From Macrostomum lignano (taxonomy: Eukaryota), in assembly GCA_002269645.1 (NCBI GenBank), contig NIVC01004944.1, positions 1 through 30,537 on the forward strand: DNA of 30,537 bases, read 5' to 3'. The stretch's first letter is position 1; every line of letters begins with the position of its first letter. Positions 21,111-30,537 of the stretch are shown piece after piece. The notes under the pieces were generated by a model. That model was not told the DNA's origin, did not search any database, and saw nothing but the letters and a program-made list of their open reading frames with translations. The position numbers were made by a program, and so were the translations under genes.

Positions 21111-21528
21111 CTGCCGCAATTTGACTGGGGACTATGAACTCTAAACATTGGCACCTCAAGATTAGAGCGGCGGCACTCGAACCAAAATAATGTTGAAGGA
21201 CTACAGAATACATGTATATCATAGAATAGAGAGAAGCTAGTTCATTTAGATATTTTTTTAATCTCAATCCCCAATTTTCATTTTCATTTTCATTTCTAAA
21301 TCTCAATCCCCGATTGTTAATTCCCTTATATCCCTGATTCCTAATGTTGAAATCCGAATCCAGCTTGTTGATATCCCTCAGAGGGGAATGATGAGGGGAT
21401 GCTTCTGAGGACCGAGTTGCTGCTTTAGCTATACATGTATACATCTAAATATGATCCTGTTAGGAGTAGAGTAGAAATATGCGAGAGCAGAGAGGAGACA
21501 GAAAATAGTAGGGGAAGTTAAGGGGATA

Positions 21529-21911
21529 CCCTAGAGGACATTCTGTTTCTCAAACTTAGCAGATCTTGTCTCTGTGCCATTCTTAGCAGATCTTCTCAAT
21601 CTGCTCGGTTCTTGCAGGATCTTCTAAGATGGGAGGTACATTTGCTTTGTAATTCATTTGGCTAAAGTGTTCTAGCTGAACTATATTTATTTTATGACAA
21701 AAAGGAACAATAAATTTAAGAAAATATGCGATTCGAAGCTATAAAAGGATATAAAAGCTAAGCTCTTGTACGATGTAGCAAGTCGCCCAGATCTAGGTTT
21801 ACCTAAGTATTATTATAGCGAAGATCTTGCACGTTCTTGCAAGTACTTGCGCAGCAACCCAGGAAGATAGACAAGATCTGCTAAGAATCAACAAGTCAAT
21901 GTCTTCTAGGG
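21529..21911. mobile_element. 383-bp MITE-like element with CCC...GGG ends, flanked by TA
   Basis: TA|CCCTAGAGGACATT ... AATGTCTTCTAGGG|TA (13/14 inverted match); internal inverted motif CTTAGCAGATCTTGTC / GACAAGATCTGCTAAG. Confidence 0.7.
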
Positions 21912-22091
21912 TATAGGGCATTGGCAACTTTTACGAGAAACTTGTATAAGACTGGTCGGGTCAGGTATCATATTCTTAAGTTGAATATGACGTAAGTTAG
22001 AACTGGGGCACCTTTTACGAAATGTTTGAAAGCTGCCATGCAGCTACATGTATACAAGATCATAGAACAGAGCGAAGCTAGCTCATTTAGC

Positions 22092-24229
22092 CCAACCTCA
22101 AGAGCCAGAATTCCGAGTGGCAGTCGAAAAATTCTGCCCAGCCACTGAGACCATCAGTTCTGCGGCGCGCCAAGGGAGCCGACAAACTGATGATCATCGC
22201 ATCCCGGCGGTAAAAATCACGTCGAAATGACGTCGAAAAGCGACGTCGAAATTTCATGTCGATTTGAACCACGATTTCGACGTCGAAATTTTCGCCATCA
22301 GATGTCGAGTATGCGACGTCGTGTTTTCCACTATTGATGGCGAAAAATCGACGTCGTTTATACTCGTCGATCACAGAAAGTAAATGGCGATTTTCGACAA
22401 ATTTTCGATTTTAATATTATGGCTATTAATACTAGTACTTAATATTATTAATATGCTAGTGCAATGTTTCATACAATTAGCCATAAACTACATGTACGTA
22501 ACTTACAGCTGACGGAACATAAGTTTTATAACTCATACGCTGAAATACTCTAAGCAGTAAAAGAAGTGTTAAGGCATAAAAATGCTAATTAGGGCTGACG
22601 TTTCATTTGCTATCCGCGCAAATTGCAATAATCTTGCAACCATGAAAAAAGTATAGTACCGTGTATTCAATTCCAATTCAGCAGCAATTGGAAACGATCA
22701 TGGAAATCGGCATCCAGCAATTGCTAACAGAAAGCAACGATGAGAAAAAAACGATGAAAAACTGTGAGCAATGATACACGGATACACGCAATGGCAACAG
22801 AGTATACATTTAATACAGTAGTTACACTTAATCAATGGCAACATCTAAAATAATAAATGCACCTATACTAAATCTCTAATCTCAAAATATATATACTAAA
22901 AATGGTCTGCTCTGATATACTAAACTACATACATCTACAAACACAAACTACAACTTCTTTACTTTCTGCAATTTTGACCTTGATAAAGAACTAGCAAAAG
23001 CATGAAATAATGGACAAAAGATGATATTGAGTCTAACTAGAACTACACTCAAAAATGTAAAATGTGAAATAAAAAATGAGAAGTAACAATAACAGCAAAG
23101 CAAATAAAAGAGGAAAATGAACAATTATCTTTGTTGTTCCTCTTGACTGGAAAGATAATTAACAGCAATGGCAGCAAAACAAACAATAAAAAAAATTATG
23201 GCTACTTTATTGATTCGCTTATACATAAATAAACGATTAAAACTCTAGGCAGCAATATTGTGTTAAACCAAATTATAGCTACACACAATTTATGACACAC
23301 AATCACACATTAATACAGCGACAAATATAAAAAATGCATTGAAAGGAAGAAGCTGCCATGCGTAATACAGAAGTATAAGTTAAACATTTATGTATATAAG
23401 TTAGGCATCAAAAATAATAAATCGACATCGCATGGCGATATTTTTAAAAAATGCGCGTATCTAGCGCTGAGTTAAAACAAAAATATAACCTCTGTTGTAC
23501 TGAATTTTTAGGTCAATTTTGTAAACTCGCAATCACGTTAAAGAAAACATTGTAAAATATCATAAATGATATATTTGGCAAATGAGAAGATAAAATAATT
23601 CATATCGAAATTTCGACGTCGAATGAAGGTTCAACCGACAACTAATTCGGCGATAGTCTTTAAAAGGCGAATATCGACGTCATTTCGACGTGGTTTTTAC
23701 CGCCGGGATGCTACGACAGTTTTGGCATTATTCTCATCCAACGCATTTCTGAGGGCCAAAACATCAACCAAAAGTTTTATCGGAGCTTCCCCACCCACCA
23801 TCTTCGGCCTGCCTGGCGCAAAAAGCGGCCAGACCCTGGAACTTGGTCCACTCCTTCCGCACGACAATGCCAGTTCGCACACAGCCCGCATTGTGCAGGA
23901 CCTACTGCGGGACTATCAGTGGGAGGTGCTGCCTCATCCTACTTACTCCCTAGACCTCAGTCCCTGCGATTTCAGCCTTTCCCAAAGCTTAAGAACCAGC
24001 TTCAAGGGTATTCAAGGGAACCAGCATCCAGGCAGCGAGATCGGCCGCATTGCAAAAGACCTGTGCGAATCTGGCGCTGCTGACAGCGTCCACAAGTTGC
24101 CTGGCTGCTGGTAGCGCATGATTCAAACCAACGGAAGTTATTTTGAAGGTTTTTGAGCTGTTCACTGTTCTGAAACTCGTTTGTTGAAAATTAATAAGTG
24201 TTTAATGAAACTTTTGAGATGACCCTCGG
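22092..24229 (+). pseudogene. 5'-truncated mariner (D,D34D) transposase remnant with right TIR, split by a MITE
   Basis: KSQNSEW..KLMIIA|CYDSFGIILI..GQNINQKFY, LPHDNASSH..PHPTYSLDLSPCDF (34 residues between the two Asp), KLPGCW*RMIQTNGSYFEG; right end ...AAACTTTTGAGATGACCCTCGG|TA. First catalytic Asp and left TIR not found. Confidence 0.88.
22203..23707. mobile_element. 1505-bp non-autonomous TIR element (CCC...GGG, 2-bp TSD AT), CMC/EnSpm-like
   Basis: AT|CCCGGCGGTAAAAATCACGTCGAAATGACGTCGA ... TCGACGTCATTTCGACGTGGTTTTTACCGCCGGG|AT; clustered (C)GACGTCG motifs near both ends; AT-rich noncoding interior; removal restores the mariner frame. Confidence 0.85.
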
Positions 24230-24935
24230 TATAGATGGAAGAATATATTTAATGCCCTCAAGCCTGCTATATGTACACTGTACATTCAGAAGTTACGTGC
24301 TCTTTTAGCATGGTATTAGATACTGTACATGTAACATTGATACATTGAGTGTAAGATGCGTTACATGTACGTATCTATATATACAGCATGTATTCTGTAG
24401 TCCTTCAACATTATTTTGGTTCGAGTGCCGCCGCTCTAATCTTGAGGTGCCAATGTTTAGAGTTCATAGTCCCCAGTCAAATTGCGGCAGTCACTTGTCG
24501 AAGGCCCCAAGGCCAAGACCCTAGGCCCCTAAATACCATGCAGGATGTTGGGGACTGAGAGTCCCCTCTCGCGACATTAAATAATTAGTAAATGATCGGA
24601 GGCTGAGCCTTACGGGCATGAATTCAAGGTAGTAGAGCACCGGCCGGGTCACACACACGTAGCCCTAGTAACATTTAAACCGTCACCAATTCGCCACTCA
24701 AATACATGTAGTACACTGTAATAAATGAGCCGTACCTTTTTGTAATCCAGTTTGCCAAAACAATATGCATACGTACATGTAGAACCAACTTCGGGCACTT
24801 CAGGCACTGCGAGTTCACTCGATTCAGTTGAAGGGTAGGCAGAGGCAGAGAGCCAGCATTCTGCCTTAAACTGACTGACTGAATTCATTCTCATAGCATC
24901 GCTCTATGCAAATAAGCCTGTCAGCTGTTATCAAA

Positions 24936-25699
24936 CCAACAGCTCCGCTGCTTTCCGCCGCTCCCCCAACAGCTCCGCTGCTTTCCGCCGCTCCCCCCCC
25001 CAACAGCTCCGCTGCTTTCCGCCGCTCCCCAACAGCTCCGCTGCTTTCCGCCGCTCCCCAACAGCTCCGCTGCTTTCCGCCACTTCCACCAATAGCTCCG
25101 CTTCTTTCCGCCGCTCCCCCCAACAGCTCCGCTGCTTTCCGCCGCTCCCCCAACAGCTCCGCTGCTTTCCGCCGCTCCCCCCCCCAACAGCTCCGCTGCT
25201 TTCCGCCGCTCCCCAACAGCTCCGCTGCTTTCCGCCGCTCCCCAACAGCTCCGCTGCTTTCCGCCACTTCCACCAATAGCTCCGCTTCTTTCCACCGCTC
25301 CCCCCCCAACAGCTCCGCTGCTTTCCGCCGCTCCCCCAACAGCTCCGCTGCTTTCCGCCGCTCCCCAACAGCTCCGCTGCTTTCCGCCGCTCCCCCAACA
25401 GCTCCGCTGCTTTCCGCCGCTCCCCCAACAGCTCCGCTGCTTTCCGCCGCTCCCCAACAGCTCCGCTGCTTTCCGCCACTTCCACCAATAGCTCCGCTTC
25501 TTTCCGCCGCTCCCCCAACAGCTCCGCTGCTTTCCGCCGCTCCCCCAACAGCTCCGCTGCTTTCCGCCGCTCCCCCAACAGCTCCGCTGCTTTCCGCCGC
25601 TCCCCCCAACAGCTCCGCTGCTTTCCGCCGCTCCCCCAACAGCTCCGCTGCTTTCCGCCGCTCCCCCCAACAGCTCCGCTGCTTTCGGCGGCTCCCCCC
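24936..25699 (-). repeat. 30-bp minisatellite, right-arm copy, about 25 units
   Basis: Reverse complement of the 14899-16137 unit. Confidence 0.97.
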
Positions 25700-26278
25700 G
25701 CATGCCTCCATGCCTCCAGATCTAGATTCCTTGGTTCTATCCGTGATCCAAAGATCCAACTATACAATATCTCTATCAATCAAACACTAAGTTTGCTGCT
25801 CAATCTGCTTTCCATATACCTTGCTTGAGGAGCATATGGATCAGTGAAGTCTAGCCAGTGTCGTTTAGATCGTCAAAAGCAATACTGCATGGCATTACAA
25901 TGTATTTCAAGCGATTCAAACGGCTATTACGCTAGTAGCATTCAACAAGATTGGTTTTGGCGCCACGCAATGTAAAATTTTTGGTACAATGTTACGTCAG
26001 TAGATAGGAAGTACTATAATAATTGTAATGCAGAACAGCGGCAGTAGCTAAATAATGACACCCGAACTTAAATTTTGCGATAATATTACATGCAATAAAT
26101 AGCATTGACATCGGAAGGCAATAAGTAAAACAGTAATAAGTATAAGCTATTGAATCGCGAGTACGCGATATGCACCATCACAGTTCGCAGCTAGGCAAAT
26201 TTTTTTGAAGAGAAAATAACAACAAGGCACACCCAGTATTGTTGAGTTAAAAGTAACAGTTCACAATGGGAGGCAATG

Positions 26279-27164
26279 TCAGATCAGTTCTCTCAGTGCG
26301 AGCTCTCTAAAGGCGGCAACAGCGTGCGCCTGGCCAATCACCCCAGCGCCATCCAACAGGCAATCCGCGACGCGACTCGCCCGGCCGTAGCCCCGGCGCC
26401 AGGGGCCCTGCATCGTGAGCAGCAGGACGTCTTGCACTGGTTGAGAACAGTAGGCCTCCGCGTGGATGGTGTGGCCCGCCAGCTGATGTCTTCGCCTGCG
26501 GAGGGTCTCGCTAGGTGATCGCAGCAGTCTGGCAGCGCGGCGTTCTGCAGGACGACTCGGATGGAGCGGAAGGCCGCCCAGGCCAGGCCCCTGCGTCGCG
26601 CCAAGTCCTCCTGGACACTGGGCACAAGATCGCCGGGGTACGTGAAGCACGCGCAGCGAGGTAGAGCTGCTGCATGACCGTCGGTGTCCCAGCAGGTGAT
26701 TTTGATAGGCAGCTCCGCAGGTACAGTCATCACCTCCGTCTTCTCGATGTTCACCGCTAGCCCGACCGATGCCGCAGCTGCCACCAACCAGGCTGTCTAG
26801 CATGCGCTGAGCTCCCTCAGCCCCAGAGAGCGGGCAGCGCCAGGTCGTCGGCGTAACCCATGAGTGACAGCCGCTTCTCCGATTGGCGGCTGCTTGTTTG
26901 CCGGCACAGTAGGAAGCTGTCCTCATCTGTTGGCAGGGCCCTACGTAGCACCTTGGCAGGGCCTACGTAGCACCCATCGAGCACCAACACGAAACGGTTG
27001 GACGCAAGCGTGTCGCCTTGCAGCATCCCTGAGGTCGTTTTGAACAGGTCGGATAGTCCGTCAGGTGTCACCACGGCGGCCAGGGTCTCCTAGAAGAGAG
27101 TTATGGTTGCTGCGACCAGTCGCTCCGGCACGTGGTATGACCTCAAGACCGGTGCGAGGACATT
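26279..27164 (-). pseudogene. RTE-like RT fragment, right-arm copy
   Basis: Reverse complement of 13435-14322, with the same stop and tandem duplication. Confidence 0.85.
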
Positions 27165-27264
27165 CTGAAGAGAGAAAAGAGAAATATTATTTTTCACTTC
27201 TGAAAAGGATAATTAAATTTTATTAGCAGAGCTACGAGAAAGGGTGAGGCTGAATAGGAAAATA

Positions 27265-28850
27265 GGGTGGGGCTAGAAGGGCGAAGAGGGTGAGGCTGGA
27301 GGGGAGAAGAGGGTGGAAGCTGGAGGGGAGGGTGGGGCTAGAAGGTAGGAGGGTGGGGCTGGAGGGAAGGGGTGGGTCTGGAGGGAGGAGGGTGAGGCTG
27401 GAGGGAAGAAGAGGTTGGAAGCTGGAAGGGAGGGCAGGGCTAGAGGGTAGGAGGGTGGGGCTAGAGGGTAGGAGGGTGGGGCTGGAGGGTAGGAGGGTAA
27501 GGCTGGAGGGAGAAGAGGGTGGAAGCTGGAAGGGAGGGCAGGGCTAGAGGGTAGGAGGGTGGGGCTGGAGGGAAGGGGTGGGGCTGGAGGGGAGAAGAGG
27601 GTGAGGCTGGAGGGGAGAAGAGGTTGGAAACTGGAGGGGAGGGTGGGGCTAGAAAGGAGAAGAGGTTGGAAACTGGAGGGGAGGGTGGGGCTAGAGGGTA
27701 GGAGGGTTGGCTAGAGGGGAGAAGAGGGTGGAAGCTGGAGGGGAGTGTTGGGGCTAGAGGAAAGGGGTGGGGCTGGAGGGAAGGAGAGGGGCTAGAGGGT
27801 AGGAGGGTGGGGCTGGAGGGAAGGAGGGTGGGGCTAGAGGGTAGGAGGGTGGGGCTGGAGGGAAGGAGGGTGGGGCTAGAGGGTAGGAGGGTGGGGCTGG
27901 AGGGAAGGAGGGTGGGGCTGGAGGGGAGAAGAGGGTGGAAGCTGGAGGGAGGGTGGGGCTAGAGGGTAGGAGGGTGGGGCTGGAGGGAGAAGAGGGTGAG
28001 GCTGGAGGGGAGAAGAGGTTGGAAACTGGAGGGGAGGTGGGGCTGGAGGTAGGAGGGTGGGGCTGGAGGGAGAAGAGGGTGGAAGCTGGAGGGGAGGGTG
28101 GGGCTAGAAAGGAGAAGAGGTTGGAAACTGGAGGGGAGGGCAGGGCTAGAGGGTAGGAGGGTGGGGCTGGAGGGAAGGGGGTGGGGTGGGGCTACAGAAG
28201 AGGGTGGGGCTGGAGGGAAAGAGGGTGGGGCTAGAGAGTAGGAGGGTGGGGCTGGAGGGAAGGAGGGTGGGGCTAGAGGGTAGGAGGGTGGGGCTAGAGG
28301 GTAGGAGGGTTGGGCTAGAGGGGAGAAGAGGGTGGAAGCTGGAGGGGAGGGTTGGGGCTAGAGGAAAGGGGTGGGGCTGGAGGGAAGGAGAGGGGCTAGA
28401 GGGTAGGAGGGTGGGGCTGGAGGGAAGGAGGGTGGGGCTAGAGGGTAGGAGGGTGGGGCTGGAGGGAAGGAGGGTGGGGCTAGAGGGTAGGAGGGTGGGG
28501 CTGGAGGGAAGGAGGGTGGGGCTAGAGAGGAGGGTGGGGCTGGAGGGAAGGAGGGTGGGCTAGAGGGTAGGAGGGTTGGGCTAGAGGGGAGAAGAGGGTG
28601 GAAGCTGGAGGGGAGGGTTGGGGCTAGAGGAAAGGGGTGGGGCTGGAGGGAAGGGGAGGGGCTGGAGGGAAGAGATAGGGCTGGAGGGAATGGGTGGGGC
28701 TGGAAGGAAGGGGTGGGGCTGGAGAGAAGGGATGGGTCTAGAGGAGAGAAAAGGGTGGAAGCTGGAAGGGAGGGCGGGGCTAGAGGGAAGGAGGGTGGGG
28801 CTGGAGGGAAGGATAGTGGGACTAGAGGCTAGGAAGGTGGGCTAGAGGGT
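27265..28850 (-). repeat. 21-bp minisatellite, right-arm copy, about 1.6 kb
   Basis: Reverse complement of the 6981-13335 units. Confidence 0.97.
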
Positions 28851-29823
28851 AGGAGTAAGAGGGTGAGATTATGAAAAAAGGGTAAGAATTTAATGGAAAA
28901 CATTGTGGGAGGAGGTAATACTGAAGGGAAAAGAAGGTGAGGCTTTAGAGAAGAGAATATGGGCTAGAAAGAAAAAGGTAAGGCCTAGCATTAGAGGGGA
29001 AGAAAAGGTCACAACTAGAGGGATATCATGACTTTATATAGTGGCAATGAATAGTTATTACTTAGTCTATAGTTGATTAGACTATGGCTAATTATTTCAA
29101 AAAGATTTTTATTTTATTTTTAGGCATGCTTTATCTTATATAGTTATATTCCTACTTTTGATTTCCATAAAACAATATTATTAAAACATTTTAATATAAT
29201 ACATTATAAACATAGGCTAGGCTTAGGTCTTATAAAAAGATAGGCCTAAGCTACTTAAATTAAAGAAGGACCAAATGAATTTTAGATCCAAAGAAAAAAA
29301 AAGATTCTTAATCTTATTATCATTAAAAAACATATTCTAACATAGCATAAAGGCTTTATAACACAAAAGAAGGCTTGGCTTTGTATTACTATTAGGTAAA
29401 AAATTACTAGGTAGGTAGTTTTTATCTATTGCTATTAGATTTTAGAAGCCTAGAAAGCTTATTAAATATGCATTTTGCCTAGGCTAAACAAAAAATAGGA
29501 TATAGTTATGTAAATTTTAAATGATTCCAAAGTCTAAAGAGCAATAAATAAATCTAAGCCTAACTAATTGGCAAGTGGTAAAATTTTATGTATAGGCAGG
29601 CTTATTTTAATAGCTAGCTAAAATGCAATTTGAATTGTACACTTGTTTACCAATATCACCCACGGTGGCTTATAGAACCGGCTGGTGCATACGTGCGCAA
29701 ATGTATTAAATACAACGTAAAATAAAGCCAGAAATACATGCAGCGCTACACCGCTGCATTCATTACTGGGCTGCAAGGCCGTGTTTTCCGAGGATAGAAT
29801 GCCTCACGAGTGGGACACGGCTG

Positions 29824-29830
29824 GACCTTA
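29824..29830 (+). repeat. Right target-site duplication GACCTTA
   Basis: Identical to 5925-5931 and abuts the last base of the right arm. Confidence 0.85.
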
Positions 29831-30140
29831 AAGCAAAACGATTCTTCTAGAATGCGATTCAGGAAAGGTAGTTAGATCTTAACAAATATAACAAATAATC
29901 AGTATAATTAAGGATTGCTCTCAATACTATGCGATTTTTGTAAAAGGACATGTAGTATTTTTGAAAGCGCGTAATATATCAAAGCGTGAAAAACGAACAT
30001 AAACATACTTCGAACGAACTTAACGTCTAACGATTAACGACGATTTAAATAGGAAATTAAAAAAGACAGTAAATGAATAAATGACTGAAAAGCGGGTTTG
30101 TTACACTGCTGATGTATCTGAGTCAGTTTGTTTAACTGTT

Positions 30141-30536
30141 TTAGCTATTCATGACTTCAAATATTTTAGCTACACCAGTTAGTTCTTTTCTGACTCTTTT
30201 TTCATTTGTAGCATATCCTATCTTGTGTATTTGATTGCCATTTAAGAGGTATTGGCAGAAGTATTTTTTCCTGATCTCTTCAGTTTGTGGACATTCGGTC
30301 AAGTAGTGCAGGATGTCAGAACCATTTTGCGCTCCACACATTTTACATGGTTCTTGAGAAAAAAAGTTGGGTGTAATCTCGCATTTCAGTTTTAGGAGGG
30401 TTGTTAAGAATTTTTTGTTTCTAAATGTGCATGAAAGTAATCTGAAGGTCGGGCCTGCAGATTTTTTTGTAGAGATAGGCGTTTTGTAGAGTTTAATATG
30501 TTGCTGATTCTCTAGCTTTTGGCTAAGTTCTCTTTC
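30141..30536 (-). CDS. C-terminal end of a probable non-LTR retrotransposon ORF2 (CCHC knuckle), running out of the window
   Basis: The frame of track ORF 30141-30341 stays open to the window edge (131 aa) and reads LLKLKCEITPNFFSQEPCKMCGAQNGSDILHYLTECPQTEEIRKKYF: a CX2CX9HX4C motif shortly before the stop. Confidence 0.6.
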   Translation of the reverse strand, partial: ERELSQKLENQQHIKLYKTPISTKKSAGPTFRLLSCTFRNKKFLTTLLKLKCEITPNFFSQEPCKMCGAQNGSDILHYLTECPQTEEIRKKYFCQYLLNGNQIHKIGYATNEKRVRKELTGVAKIFEVMNS

Positions 30537-30537
30537 T

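Larger units (their letters stand above)
5932..21214 (+). repeat. Left inverted arm (5932-16588 plus 21116-21214, interrupted by gypsy element 2)
   Basis: Reverse complement of 24387-29823 apart from array copy number and small indels; match ends at ...CTACAGAATACATG (21214). Confidence 0.93.
5932..29823. mobile_element. Giant non-autonomous fold-back DNA transposon-like element (23,892 bp)
   Basis: Termini CAGCCGTGTCCCACTCGTGAGG ... CCTCACGAGTGGGACACGGCTG; inverted identity continues inward for kilobases; exact 7-bp direct repeat on both flanks. Superfamily unresolved. Confidence 0.8.
24387..29823 (-). repeat. Right inverted arm (5437 bp)
   Basis: Reverse complement of the left arm, without the gypsy insertion and with shorter arrays. 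Confidence 0.95.

Noticed and set aside
23623-24114. 163-aa ORF as an intact gene or as the fold-back transposase
   Set aside because: It is a chance fusion of the MITE right end with out-of-frame and in-frame mariner pieces; the first catalytic Asp is missing.
5909-24781. Frequent TACATGTA palindromes (about 5909, 16293, 16362, 21209, 21432, 22045, 22490, 24321, 24362)
   Set aside because: A common word in AT-rich noncoding DNA of many invertebrates; no consistent spacing or boundary role apart from the 45-bp repeat reported above.
5932-29823. Inverted repeat as a chimeric fold-back sequencing artefact
   Set aside because: Judged unlikely, though not excluded without reads: there is a 3.2-kb unique spacer, a flanking direct repeat, a one-arm LTR insertion with its own TSD and arm-specific indels.
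5932-29823. Polinton/Maverick or other virus-like giant transposon
   Set aside because: No PolB, integrase, ATPase or capsid ORFs belong to the element; the TSD is 7 bp rather than 6 bp and the termini are not the AG-rich Polinton type.

Overview
Eukaryotic (invertebrate-like) repeat-dense window with no recognisable host gene; nearly all of it is mobile DNA. The dominant structure is a 23.9-kb fold-back element (5932-29823). It starts CAGCCGTGTCCCAC, ends in the reverse complement, and is flanked by an exact 7-bp direct repeat GACCTTA. Its arms are multi-kb inverted repeats (left 5932-21214, interrupted; right 24387-29823). From outside in, each arm carries a structured terminus, an AT-rich block, a 21-bp pyrimidine/purine minisatellite, a dead LINE reverse-transcriptase fragment, a 30-bp G-rich minisatellite and unique DNA. 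A recent Ty3/gypsy LTR element (16589-21110, TSD CTGCC) sits in the left arm only. The 3.2-kb centre holds two CCC...GGG MITE-like elements and a truncated mariner, but no intact transposase. Outside the fold-back are the 3' part of another Ty3/gypsy element (1-5631) and the C-terminal end of a probable LINE ORF (30141-30536, minus strand). All alignments and counts were done by eye; no database searches were run and the organism cannot be identified from this window.
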